DNA of 64,000 nt from Antedon mediterranea (lineage: Eukaryota > Animalia > Echinodermata), in the NCBI RefSeq assembly GCF_964355755.1, contig NC_092671.1:15429742-15493741 (forward strand). The letters run 5' to 3'. Below, one piece after another: positions 15,001 through 31,900 of this stretch (positions are counted from its first letter, which is position 1; every line of letters starts with the position of its first letter). Position numbers and translations under genes: made by a program. The notes below the pieces were generated by a model. The model made no database searches and was not told the origin of the DNA. It was given only the letters and a program-made list of their open reading frames with translations.

Positions 15001-15973
15001 GTTTTTGGGGGACAATACATCTTTAAACTAAAATTACTAATAAATGATGTTATATACTTTTGAATTAATTATTGCTTTTTATTATTTTTTAATACATCTC
15101 AATCTTTTTATTTATTATTCAACTTCAACTGACTGATAATTTTAAGCAAACAAAAAACATGCAAAGCTATAAAAATCTTTTTAATATGAAACACTGAAAT
15201 TAAATTGTGTATTACTTGAAAAATTATCCCAATTAACATTTACACATACATTTAACGGCTAAATTAAGTACTTTTAGAGACTATATTACTATTATGCAAA
15301 TGTTCTTTTTACAATTAGCTGCCAAATTTGGAAGACGGTGTATTAGTGCATGGATTGTATATGGATGCGTCCCGATGGGATGATGAGAAGATGTTGTTAG
15401 CCGACAGCTATGCTGGCCAAATGAATCCACCTCTACCAGTGATGAAAATGGAGCCAGAAATGAATTGTGAACCAAAGCCTACAGATTATATTTGTCCACT
15501 GTACAAGACAGGATTAAGGGCTGGAACTCTGTCGACCACAGGTAATTTATGGAGACAATAGCTATGATTTATTTCAAGTTTGCGGTACACCACGTATATT
15601 TACAATTGAGAACTAAATATATGCGGTGTACTGCAAATTCAAACTTCAATGTAATAGCTATAATATTTATTGAAATAAGTTACACATTTCAGGGCCGTAG
15701 CCACCAGTGCAGTTCGTAAGGTTTCAATCCGACTACTTTTTGGCAGAAGCATTTGACAATCCCATGGCAATTCTCATAGCTACGGCTTTGCTTTGTTAAT
15801 ACTGTATTCACTGTTCGAAATGTATTATATAGGACTGTATTTTAAGTATGCTGTAATTGTTTTTCGCAGGTCATTCTACAAACTTTGTTGTGTCCGTTCA
15901 CCTACCATCTGACCAACCCCAGGACTATTGGATCTCTAAGGGCTCTGCACTTCTTTGTCAACTTAATGAATAA
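1..15973 (+). CDS. Axonemal dynein heavy chain, inner-arm type (DNAH3/7/12-like), 3' part of gene; 37 coding exons, stop at 15971-15973
   Basis: Exon translations give contiguous dynein heavy chain sequence from the AAA3 region to the C-terminus, for example [24 protein letters not shown] and [28 protein letters not shown]. The motif [23 protein letters not shown] is the inner-arm signature; outer-arm chains have [21 protein letters not shown]. Further matches are [28 protein letters not shown], a coiled-coil stalk, [19 protein letters not shown] and [24 protein letters not shown]. The C-terminus reads [35 protein letters not shown] followed by a stop. All junctions are GT-AG with consistent phases. 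Exons (CDS): 1-96 (exon continues upstream of window), 282-439, 544-675, 812-983, 1419-1714, 2019-2098, 2277-2508, 2631-2999, 3151-3305, 3446-3626, 3797-4032, 4178-4340, 4549-4631, 4741-4978, 5126-5428, 5700-5885, 6190-6362, 6623-6803, 6932-7111, 7286-7392, 7577-7703, 7836-7982, 8089-8274, 8365-8649, 8977-9217, 9338-9438, 9567-9671, 9853-9967, 10084-10205, 11026-11196, 11563-11649, 11952-12137, 12367-12427, 13074-13237, 13778-13798 (21-nt micro-exon), 15319-15541, 15870-15973. An AATAAA signal overlaps the stop codon. Confidence 0.88.
6372..6503. mobile_element. Palindromic MITE family A (TIR aagctctgtctacactatcaaact), full copy
   Basis: The terminal inverted repeats are aagctctgtctacactatcaaact ... 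agtttgatagtgcagacaacg. The body carries a catatatgg...atatcac core. Other copies in this window: 5541-5660 (5'-truncated), 8771-8858, 18703-18806 (RPL4 intron), 30884-31044, 34913-35057, 48761-49013 (with an insertion), and a fragment at about 16590-16660. Confidence 0.6.
10379..10885. mobile_element. MITE with 45-bp TIRs (ggtttcgcaatcttacaaatacgataacgaaaacggatacgtcac) in a dynein intron
   Basis: 10379-10423 is the reverse complement of 10841-10885. The 507-bp body is AT-rich and non-coding. Confidence 0.55.
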
Positions 15974-16973
15974 ATCAAAAAGACTACATTTCTGAAGCAA
16001 ACTGGAGGATATCAATGCTTACTCAAGTATAATCCCACCTCCAGGTTTGGAGTCATTTTAATATACTGTATATAGCCCATCTTTGTCCTCAAGTATAATC
16101 TCACCCCAAAACCAAACTAATATTAAAGGTATTTTGATATTTTCGAGTCCAAGAAATTGTGTTTTTTTTAAACTGAGATGTCTTAATATACCATTACGAT
16201 ACATTTTGTTTTATGTAAATAGGATATAAATATATGCTTGTAAAAACTATAAAATTATTAAGGTAAATTGTGATTTTCACTAACTGTATGTTTTATTTAG
16301 TATACACTGTCGGTGTATTGTGTAATTGCTGTGATTATTAAAGAATGTCCATATAACATTTAATTAAAAGATAAATGAATTGTTCGTCCAGTGAATATTT
16401 AGTTAAATATATGCATTTATTGTAAAATAAAGTATCTATGATTCCATCCAGAATAAACAAATAATTTATAATAAACCTTGAAAATGGTAAATCCGTCCAT
16501 ATTATAATAAATATATTCTATTTTATAAAGTTGTCGTTTAAGTATGTTAAAATTAAAGTTTAATGAAGATGCAATTGTCTTGTCAATTATTTTGTTTTAA
16601 GTCTGTCTACATAAATGTGCCCCTATATGGACATGATGTCATATCTCATATTCAAACTTTACAATTGCTCCACTTGATTTTACATATAGGTCTCATCACA
16701 TCTTTTCTGGAAGTTAGTAGTCAAAGTATTGGCCCCTATTTATTGTTTTCGCCTTTGTCCAAGATTGAGTATATATTAATTTGTACAGAAAAAGTATCTT
16801 TATATTAATAATGTATTCTCATTTATGATGCCAGACTAAAAGATACCACAAAACAACTTGTACTCTTTCACATGTGGTATTTTATTTTTTTATATTAGGA
16901 TTCAGTCTTATAGTACTTCTTGTACTATCTATTAGTGACAGTTTATATAGTATTTCATTATACTAATGTTTAC

Positions 16974-22048
<5,075 letters not shown>

Positions 22049-22529
22049 TTTGATTTCTTTCGCTCTTTATATAAAAACTGCAGCGCCTACAAAACTCGTG
22101 GGCCAAAAAGGCAGATCCACTGTAGAGAATCAGTGACGTAAACGTATTGGTAAAATAGTTTTTTGTTAATTTATAAAGTGTTAAAAATAGTTTATAATAA
22201 TGTAGATGTATCTAATATAAATATTTGTTTTCAAAATATATTAATATTTTGCATTTACGTATAATTATTATATTTTAATAACAAAATGTCACATAATATT
22301 ATAAAAACTTGTTTTTATAGAAAGATTATACTATAGAGGGAGGTATAACAAAAATACCGGGAAATTTGTTTTATTTTTTGTTTGTTAAGTTTCAAGATTT
22401 AGGCTCCTAATTGGTAATAATTAAATTGCATAGTTTATCGGGTTTTATTTCAAAATATGTAAAGACAATTTTAACACTATTTGCTATTTAAGTTTAGAAC
22501 GTGTTACGCATTAATATATTTGTTGTTAA

Positions 22530-22910
22530 GCAGTCCGAGTTCCCTTACTAGCCTAGCTACCTAGCCTAGGCCTACCTTCCTAAAGGCTAGGCTAGCTACT
22601 ACTCTAGGGCTAGGCCTAGGCCTAGGCTATGTAGGCCTGCTATTCTAGGCCTAGCTAGTCTAGCTAGAGAGAGGGGTAGGCGTAGACCCTAGCCTAGCCC
22701 CAGCTAGGCCTATTACTAATAGGCCTAGGTCTGGTAGGCAGCCCTGGTATAACTATAGGAAGGCATAATATTAATAGCCTACCTACTAGGCCTAACTAGC
22801 CTACTACTACTAGAGTAGTAGCCTAGAGTAGAAGAGGTCTGCTACTACTACTACTAGGTCTGCTACTACTACTACGACTAGCTAGGCCTAGTAGGCCTGG
22901 CCCTAGCTAG
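22530..22910. repeat. Cryptic simple repeat rich in CTAG / CCTAGG / GCCTAG palindromes and (CTA)n, within the RPL4-ZWILCH intergenic promoter region
   Basis: 380 bp are composed almost entirely of the motifs ctag, cctagg, gcctag and ctactactac. Confidence 0.65.
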
Positions 22911-22988
22911 CAGTTATTTCCTAACTTTGTTTAAAAATAAAATATTTTTATAATGTTACAGATTTGTTTTTATTGAACCAAATAAAGT

Positions 22989-25900
22989 ATGAAAAGTCTT
23001 GTCAAGGAACATTTAAATTTTAAGAACATTTATGAAAGGTTAGTAATAATTATAAATATAGTATGTCAATACAGCCCCGTGGTCAATATTAAAATAATAT
23101 GCTTTACACGTTTACGTTGCGCTAATAATTAATATAAATTATTATAAATCTCATTTTTCTTAGACTAGACAAGAAAGAAGATGTTAGTGCAAAATACCTT
23201 AATTTTCAACTTGAAGTTATATCATGGAATGATCTTCCAAGTTCTGAGGTCATTCCAACTTCTGTAAAATCGCAAGATAAGCTTATATTAGCATACAGTG
23301 TAAAGGTAACAAAATGCAATATAATCACTCATTAAACAGTATTATTTTATCTTATTAATTTCTACAGTATATAAAAAAATATAAAAGAGACTATAATTAT
23401 ATAAACTAATAAATTCCAATGATATACTGAAATTTAATCGATCAATTTGAAATGATAAAGATGAGGAAATATGTGAGATTTGAACTTGGAATCTTCTGCT
23501 TGCTATGCAGATGTCCCAACCATTAGACCACTGTGGCTAAATATACAATGCCAAGGACAAACAAATGCAATATCAAAAAGCTATTGCCTGTAAGGTGTCT
23601 CTCCAACGTTGTATAATGTACTAACTATAGTATGTGCCACTGTTATTCCAACTAAACTTGAAGACATGATTCTAGTCACTAGAACTGGGTATTAATTTGT
23701 ATTTTAGGTTGTTTGGCACAGTTTCATAATATGTAAAGTTTGTTTTGAATTTGTTTAGTCTTACAGAAAAGATTGTTTTGAAGACTCTTATACAAATGAT
23801 GATGACTCATACTACAATGGAGATGACACATGCAATGTAGATGAAACATGCAATGGAAATGCATGCCTTGGAAACAGCATCCTTGATGATACTGCTGACA
23901 AAGATGAGATTCGATATCCTGGTGTCAGTCTGGGAAAAGCAAGGTATTCCATTTTATAACATGGGTTCAAGGATTTAGCTAATCAGACGCGCTGAAATGA
24001 GTCAGTTGTGCGCTCTTTATTTTTTCACGATCTTGCACAGGAGTGTAAAAAGTGTGCAGCAAAAAAATCATAAGAGCACTCTGTGTGTATATGCAGAATA
24101 CTACCGATCGCGCTAGGCTAGCTGCACGATTTAGTACGAACGTCTGCACCGCGGTCCCATTGCACCCTCAAATTCAAGCTTGTTTTAGGTCTACCTGTTT
24201 GAACACTAACGAGCATTGAAAGGTCTTAATTGCACAAAACAGATATTGTACAACAAAAGAATCATTGATTGGGATAAATCTTACACTACCTACCTATCTG
24301 GTCCATACATACAGTATTTGCATTATTTTTTTTAAACATTCTCAAGAAAATTTCAACTGAAAAGAACAGAATTTTTGTTTTGTTTACAATTTACATTATT
24401 TTATACAATCAAATGTAAGAATTCTATTTTAAAACCAAAATTATACCTAATGTTTATTTTATATCTTTAGGCAATGTGGACCAAGGACTACCAATAGTAA
24501 ATTAATCACTGTCTTATATAGGTGGTAATCCCCCTAATACAGGGGATCATTTGTGAAGCAGTTCACCAGGGTAACCCCCCCTACTAATCTCGAATGATGA
24601 ACTGGGTTCTTTGAAGTGCACACAGGTTATGTGGACCTACAGTTTATAGTCCTTATCCGAAAAGACTTGTTCCACCACCAGAACTAGGAGTGAGTCGGCC
24701 TCCAATCCTTGTCGATATTGTTGGCTCTTTAGGTACAGTAAACAGCGCCCCTGCTTTAACCGCTCGGCCATTTGACTCTCTTTTTGATTGTCAATAAGTC
24801 CCTGGTGACAATTGTTTGTAATTTTGTACTGTATGTTTTAGGAGCCTCTTGTCATTATTTTGTTTATGGAAAGATGAGTCAACATTGCCTACAACCCCAT
24901 TGTGGGTGATGTGTGACGGCAATGCATCGGAACATGTATTCCTCATGGGATGTTCATGGCAAAAAAATGAAGTACACAATCATGTAATTAACACCTACAC
25001 AATATCCTGCCAAGGTAAATTCTACCGTTTATTCTGTCATTCAAATGATTAAAATAAACTATATACGAGCAGAATAATAACAATCTGTAATAATAATTAA
25101 TAATCTGTCTGCACATGTAGTACAGTATATTAATGAAACTTTTAATGGTTATTTTATAATGAAATATCTGAAATACATTGTGTAGTTTTTCATTTTAACC
25201 TAAGCTAGCAAATTCAGCTACTATCTAGCATGCTGGGATAATTGAGAAATAATACAATATTGATTTCTGCTACTGCAGGTCCATACCACAATAAGAGTGA
25301 GATTCCCTCTGTCCAACATCTTATGGAAGGGTTTTGCCAATCCGAAATTGTGAACGTAAGTCAGAAATCCATTTTTTATTTAATGAAGTTTGCTTTTCTT
25401 TTTGTTACTTTGATATTTTACTTAATACTTTTTAATATTTTATTCACACTGCCGCTGCATTTTTTTCTTAAATTCTCCTAGAAAAAAATAAACACAAACA
25501 TTGTTGCTTCACATGAATCATGTAGCAAAATTATTCCAGATTTAAATATGAATAGTAATTGTTTTATAATGTAGTACATTAAGTGCATGTTTGAGTAGCC
25601 ATTATATAAATATATTTATCAAATTTTAGGAATACATAGAGCTTATAATCTATGCTAAAACTTCATGAAACCAAAGTTCATTGCATCCAATAAGCAAAAC
25701 CTGATAATGTGAACTTCTGTCCTTAATGGGTTAATAACATTGCAAAGTGCGATAGAGATAAACATTCTAATTATAGTCAATTGAAAGATGTCAACAAATG
25801 TATAAATCAAATATCATTGCCTTCGTTACAGTACATTTACACTTAAAGTAGAATATCACCTTTTTGTGCGAAAATATGCTTAAAATAAGAGTGTATCAAT

Positions 25901-28900
25901 TAACAAGTTCTCCCGCCATGCCCACATTGGGTGACACATTTAGAATGAGTTGAAAGAGTAAGGCCAGTAAGTAGCCTAATCGTACAGTAGAATGCTTATG
26001 AAACAATCATAACCCAAGTTAAAGTTTTGGGTGGAGCCACTTCTTTCACTGTAGTAGTTCCTACTCTTGGTTTACCTTTATATGTTTAGTTATATCTGCT
26101 TGGTTTAGTGTTCCATTGACAATGAATGATGCTTGTTTTTATATTCAGGTAACTGCTAATGGCTATGCCCAATATGATGTTCTTGGGGCAAGCTTCTCTG
26201 AGAGAAGTGCAAGTGATCTTGGCGGTGCATCTAGTGTTATTGTGGAATGTGAATGGGAAGATGTGGAAATAATGTTAGAGGTACCACATTGTGCTAAATG
26301 CAAGCTGGTGAGTATCCTTAAAGAACAGTACCCAGCTACTTTATCATTTATAGGTATAACATAATGAGAACATGTATAATTCCAAAATAGTGAAGGGGAT
26401 AGAGATTTCTAAAATTCTAAATTGCGTGCAATCAAAATTCTTATGCAGGAACCATTTAATTAGAATGTTCTAGTGATAAGAATTTAATCCTAATTTAGGT
26501 TATTTTATAGCAAAATTTTGAATTTTAAAAGTTGTATCATTTAGTAATTTTTGTTTTGTGTTTCAGAATATAAATGCTGTACCAGGGGATAGTAGGATTA
26601 CTAGCTACAAATTGTATCAAGAATTACAAATGCTAAAGGTAATGTATTGTTACTGTCCCACCTTTCATTTATTTATAGCTTAATACAGTGCAGCACACTG
26701 GCCAATAATCGCTTGGATTGGAGTATTTTAAATGCGCTATGTCGCAAAACGTTCATTGTTCGTGGTGATGACAGGTCATTCCTACCTAAAGATTTTAAAT
26801 AGCCGAAGGCTAGATAGCAAACTCCAATGTTATCGAAGTTCAAAAAGTGATTCTCCATGGAGAGGGAACCAAGAAGATGGTAGCTGCAATCTCCAGTCAG
26901 ATATGCCCTACGCAATACACACTACTATGCACCTGTGTTGAGCTTATCTGCGCGAGAACGATACGCAACGCAGCGTGTTAAGCGTATAAACGCGAACGCA
27001 TTCTATATGATCCTCATATATAAAAAATGCTAGATTACCAAGCCTTCGGCTTATTACACCTCTTTTCCTACCACATTTATATGTATTACATCTCACCCCT
27101 CCAACCCCCTCAATGGTAAAACATTTTTTATGCAGATTTAAACATTGGTATAGAGACCAATCCACTACCTTTACTTTTTGTATACTCGTTTTTAAGTTTT
27201 GTTTTTCTTTGACGCACAGTTTGACACGTGTGCAACCGACATAATGGTGTCTATTTCCAAGAAAGATTTTTATTTATTTATTATCATCATTCGCGGTACT
27301 ATACGTACCATTTATTTGTATCAACAGAATATATATATACATTATTTCTTTCACAAGAATATTTCTATAAGTTTAATCTAAATCATAATGAATGGAAAAC
27401 GTATTTTATACATGCAATGATATGCAATGAGCCGAAGCTCTTAAACGCATATTAGATTATTATTATGTTCAATGATTAAATCAGTACCAAATCCAAACTT
27501 AATACCACAATAAAGAAAGTCTTAGAATTTATTTTAAGGGTTTTATAACTGGTATTGAGAAAGGAGAGGTAAAATGGGCGAACCACTACACTGATGAACA
27601 TTCTACATTCTTCAAAACACTTGAGCAGCTTCTAGTAGAAGAAGGAAGTAATGGTAATGTTGGTAGAGTAGCTGAAGAAAAAGTAGGTGCACAATGGTAA
27701 AGGGTTATTACCATTTAACTATTCCTAGATATATATATATATATATATATAATCAAATGTGTTGCATAGCACTGTGTACATTTTATATATACTGTCAAAT
27801 GATTGAAACAGTGCTCATATTCGGAACATTATCTCATAATCGCGTCAATCTCATCTTTGATATAAAATTTTCGTTTTTAGTGAAGGTGAAGATAAACGTT
27901 GAAACTTACCAACGTTTCGTGCGTTAGCATCGCACTTTTTCAAGGTAGTGGTGTCAGCTTGGTTTGCCGACACTGATCATGGCATAGTCACGTGATGTTG
28001 TTGTGACATGCGCCCTCTCTGAGTTATTTCTTGAATACCTCTGGGTGAATCCCAGAGGGGTCCGCCCCGGCCGGCCGTCTCACTTCTAACAGGTCATCAT
28101 ATATGTGTGGCAGCCACCTTCCTCCTTGGTCTCTGTTCATGTTGTTTCCAGTTTTTCTAATTGTAATTGCTTCTTGCCATCCTCTCTTGTTTATGTTTCC
28201 ATCTTTCTTTAACACTTTCGCCTCCCAATTAGGTGTATGGTTTTCCTTTATAGCATGGTCTGTAATTGCAGATTTATGTGTAATGTTTGATGAGAGGGCG
28301 CATGTCACAACAACATCACGTGACTATGCCATGAAAAGTGCGATGCTAACGCACGAAACGTTGGTAAGTTTCAACGTTTATCTTCACCTTCACTAAAAAC
28401 GAAAATTTGATATCAAAAATATTTTGGGAAGGAGATGAATTTTTTCAATTTAATCTCATCATCGACAGTTTTAGTTGTATGATAAATATATATATTTCTA
28501 TCGACACGGTTGCATGTGTGTTATCGCTAATTTACACAGGCAGGCTACAACAGTAAGTGTTAAACAGTAAGCAGAAAACAATTCCTTATGACCATTTACA
28601 CAAAACATGCAGCGATGGTGCAGTTGATTTCACAAGCAGAATAAAAAGCGGACTAAAAAACATTTTCATGGTGCCACTAAACCTTCCACTGATTACCAAT
28701 AAATGCATCTTTTTAGTTTGAACAGAAAACAATAGAAATATGTGTTATTTATGTGTTATTATTTATATTCCTGTTTTCACCAGAAATTACAAGAAGACGA
28801 AGGACTTTGTGAGAAGTTTGATATCCAACAAAGGAATGATCTGGACTTCACAGAACGATTATGGAACCATCTGAAGGATTCTAGAAACCTCCAAGAACTG

Positions 28901-31900
28901 AGGATGGCACTTCAAATGGTTATGCAGACACTGAAAACTGGAGACTTCTTTCCAGTGGTGAGTAAAGGCACACATTCCTGCAACAAGCTCTATATGATGT
29001 GTTTATTTATGGTTATAATGCTTGCCTATTAATCTTAGGTGAAGGGTTCAAAGTTTATGACACTCCTATTTAAATGTGTTAAAAGCAACACAATCCTTTA
29101 AAAAATTCTAGCTTACAGTACTTTTACCAATAAAGAAGGCTGTTTATTTATATTTGCTTTTTTTATTTTATAGGTTCATGTACACAATGAGTCTAGGCTA
29201 GCAAGTCAAATCCGTGCCTGTTACCAACAACAAACCCCTCACCTGAATCTGGAGGCAGTCGAGCCTTTGGAAATACTCATTGAGATGGGCCTAGAAAAGT
29301 TGAGAAGAGACTATATCGACTATTTCATTAGTAAATAAATTTATAATCTATATACTGTACAATATTTATTATTTACATTGACAGTTGATAGAAATAGTGT
29401 AGTTTCATGTCATGATCATGTCATGGTGATATAAAGGTAACCCTTTGTATATTACTGAATTCAAATTCAGGGTCAAACATTCGATTCAGTCGATTTTTCT
29501 TCACATGTGAATTTGCTTGAGTTACTCCAAGGGAAACTTTTTCAAACTTTGCGCGAATCGATTCGCGTGTAAACGTTCAGTGTGAACCGACTGTAAATGA
29601 AATTCAGAAATATTGTAAAAGTGAAATACAATTACTGGTTTTATGTCTATTATAGTTTATATGTTTGTTTAACATAAGTTAACAGAAAATTATTATAAAT
29701 CATACAATAAAATTGATGTAAGGATTTACCATTGTTTTTAGGACATGAAGTGGTACTCCATGAACAATTAGGATTCTTTTTAGAAAGCAAGATATCAACC
29801 CATGATCAAATTGAAAGGTTATGTAAAATGCATAATGTTCTTGAGCTTTTAGTTGTCACAGCAATGCTGAATTTACCGCTACAGGACCAGCAGGCTCTTT
29901 GCAGGTAAGACAAGTTTTCGAAAAAGTTAAAGATCCATTCCCTACAATTGTTGACGTTTTGTAAAAATAATGCATATAATTATATATTACTTTAAGAACA
30001 TTAAACCAGGTCATTTCTTAGATGTTTTATTGTAATTTATGATAAAAAGAGAGAAACAATGCACTACCTAAGTAGGTTGCGGTGAATTTCCTCTCATGGA
30101 CGGTCTTTAGGCCTAGCCTAGCTAGGCTTAGTTTTGAAGGCCTAGCTGGTAAACAATAGTAACGTACGTAGTCTAGTTGCTGCATTTTTGCCAGAATCCG
30201 TAATACAAATTGGGGGAAACCCGGTATTTTCGCTGAAAATCTTCCATTTATTTTGACCTTCACGATCGATCCAAAGTAGGTGTATCACAGAAGAAAAACT
30301 AAAATATCAATCCGTGCACAATGCCTGTTGGGATTTATAGCGGGCTGCTAACATTATTAGAATCAACTTATTTTTCACAATTCTAACCGTTCAAAGACGA
30401 AAAAAGTTATCTCAATAAGACCATGATAGTATTTATTTTTACGTTAAATGTAGTTTGTGAAAAATTAAATTAGATCTAAAAAACGTAGGAATTAATCTTA
30501 ATTACAATACAATATTAGAGTTAAAATTTACATGATCAATTCGTTTGTAAAAGAGCAAGTTCGAAAACTAAATTTTCAAAATTGTTTGGTTTGTTTATAA
30601 TAACTTGTAATTGTAGCTTTTGCGTCAGGGAGTTGAGTAATTAGATGTTTTGCCCTACTCTGATGTAATTTGTACTTTATACTATGTACATTTGAGAATA
30701 CTTGCGAAAAAATTTGAGGTATGGATGCCAGGCTAATGATCTGGAGGTTGTGGGTTCGAGTCCCACCCGAGAACTACTTGCGAATTTTTTCGCAAGTATT
30801 CTCATATGTACTTAGTATAAAGTACAAATTACGTCAGAGTAGGGCAAAACATCTAATTATTTTATTATAACTTGTCCACTATTAAGCTGTGCCTACACTA
30901 TTATCAAAATAGTTTGAAAAAAGTGTCTTGTGCCCAAATATGGTAGTGATATGCTCAAATATGGTAGTGATATGACATCATCATATCCATATGAGCACAT
31001 CATATTTTTTTGTCACATAAAGTTTGATAGTGTAGACAGCGCTTTAGTTTCATATTTTATAACAATCTGACATTTAAAGAACAGCACCATGATAGCGCAA
31101 TACACAAACATGTAATAATGTATTGTGTTTTTGATCAGCACAAACTTAAACTACAGTTAATTATTTTACTTGTCTTTGTAAGTCTTTAATGAAGTAGAAG
31201 ATAACGAGTATTGTGATTCCCACATGTCTTTGATAAACAAAGTAATATCACTATAATGACAATATGTTACGTAAAAACATCTTAGACAAGTCAACCATTA
31301 GTCAAAATAATTTACTTTGTATAGAAGACATTTTCCCTAGAGATTCACTAATTGAATCACTTGTCGGCCATAATAATGTTTTTGAGAAATAATTCTTTGT
31401 GTATTCGGTCAGATTATGTTCATAACATTAATGTGCTGAGTGTCCAGCCAGATTATCATCAATAACAATCATTATTTATGTATCTAGTCTTATCGTCCAT
31501 AACAATAATTACTTGTATATCTAGTCTTATCATCCATAACAATAATTACTTGTATATCTAGTCTTATCATCCATAACAATAATTACTTGTATATCTAGTC
31601 TTATCATCCATAACAATATTTACTTTATATATATTACATCTAGTCTTATTTTCATAACAATTATTAAATACTTTTGTTGTCGCAAATCGAATGCTCCCTA
31701 TTGTGGACATGAAATTTAATTTGATCATCAAAAAGTTAAAAACTGAGATCTTCTGTACTGTCATGCTACATTCATTAGTAGGCTGCCAGCTAACCTTCAT
31801 GTTTGACATTTAAGTGAGTGATTCTCAAACATACATGATAGCATGGTAGGCCAAATTTGTTAAAAAATGAAGTTTCATATTGCTTAGCAAATTTTGTGTC

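Noticed and set aside
23466-23540. tRNA-like sequence on the minus strand with a tRNA-Ala(AGC)-type anticodon loop and GGTCTAATGGTT D-loop
   Set aside because: The acceptor and T stems do not pair (the 3' end is ...caaatctcacatatttcctc). It is most likely a degenerate tRNA-derived SINE fragment in ZWILCH intron 2, not a functional tRNA.
28103-28396. 97-aa + strand ORF
   Set aside because: It is antisense to the PLE GIY-YIG fragment and spans its inverted-repeat head. It arises by chance from the palindromic arrangement.
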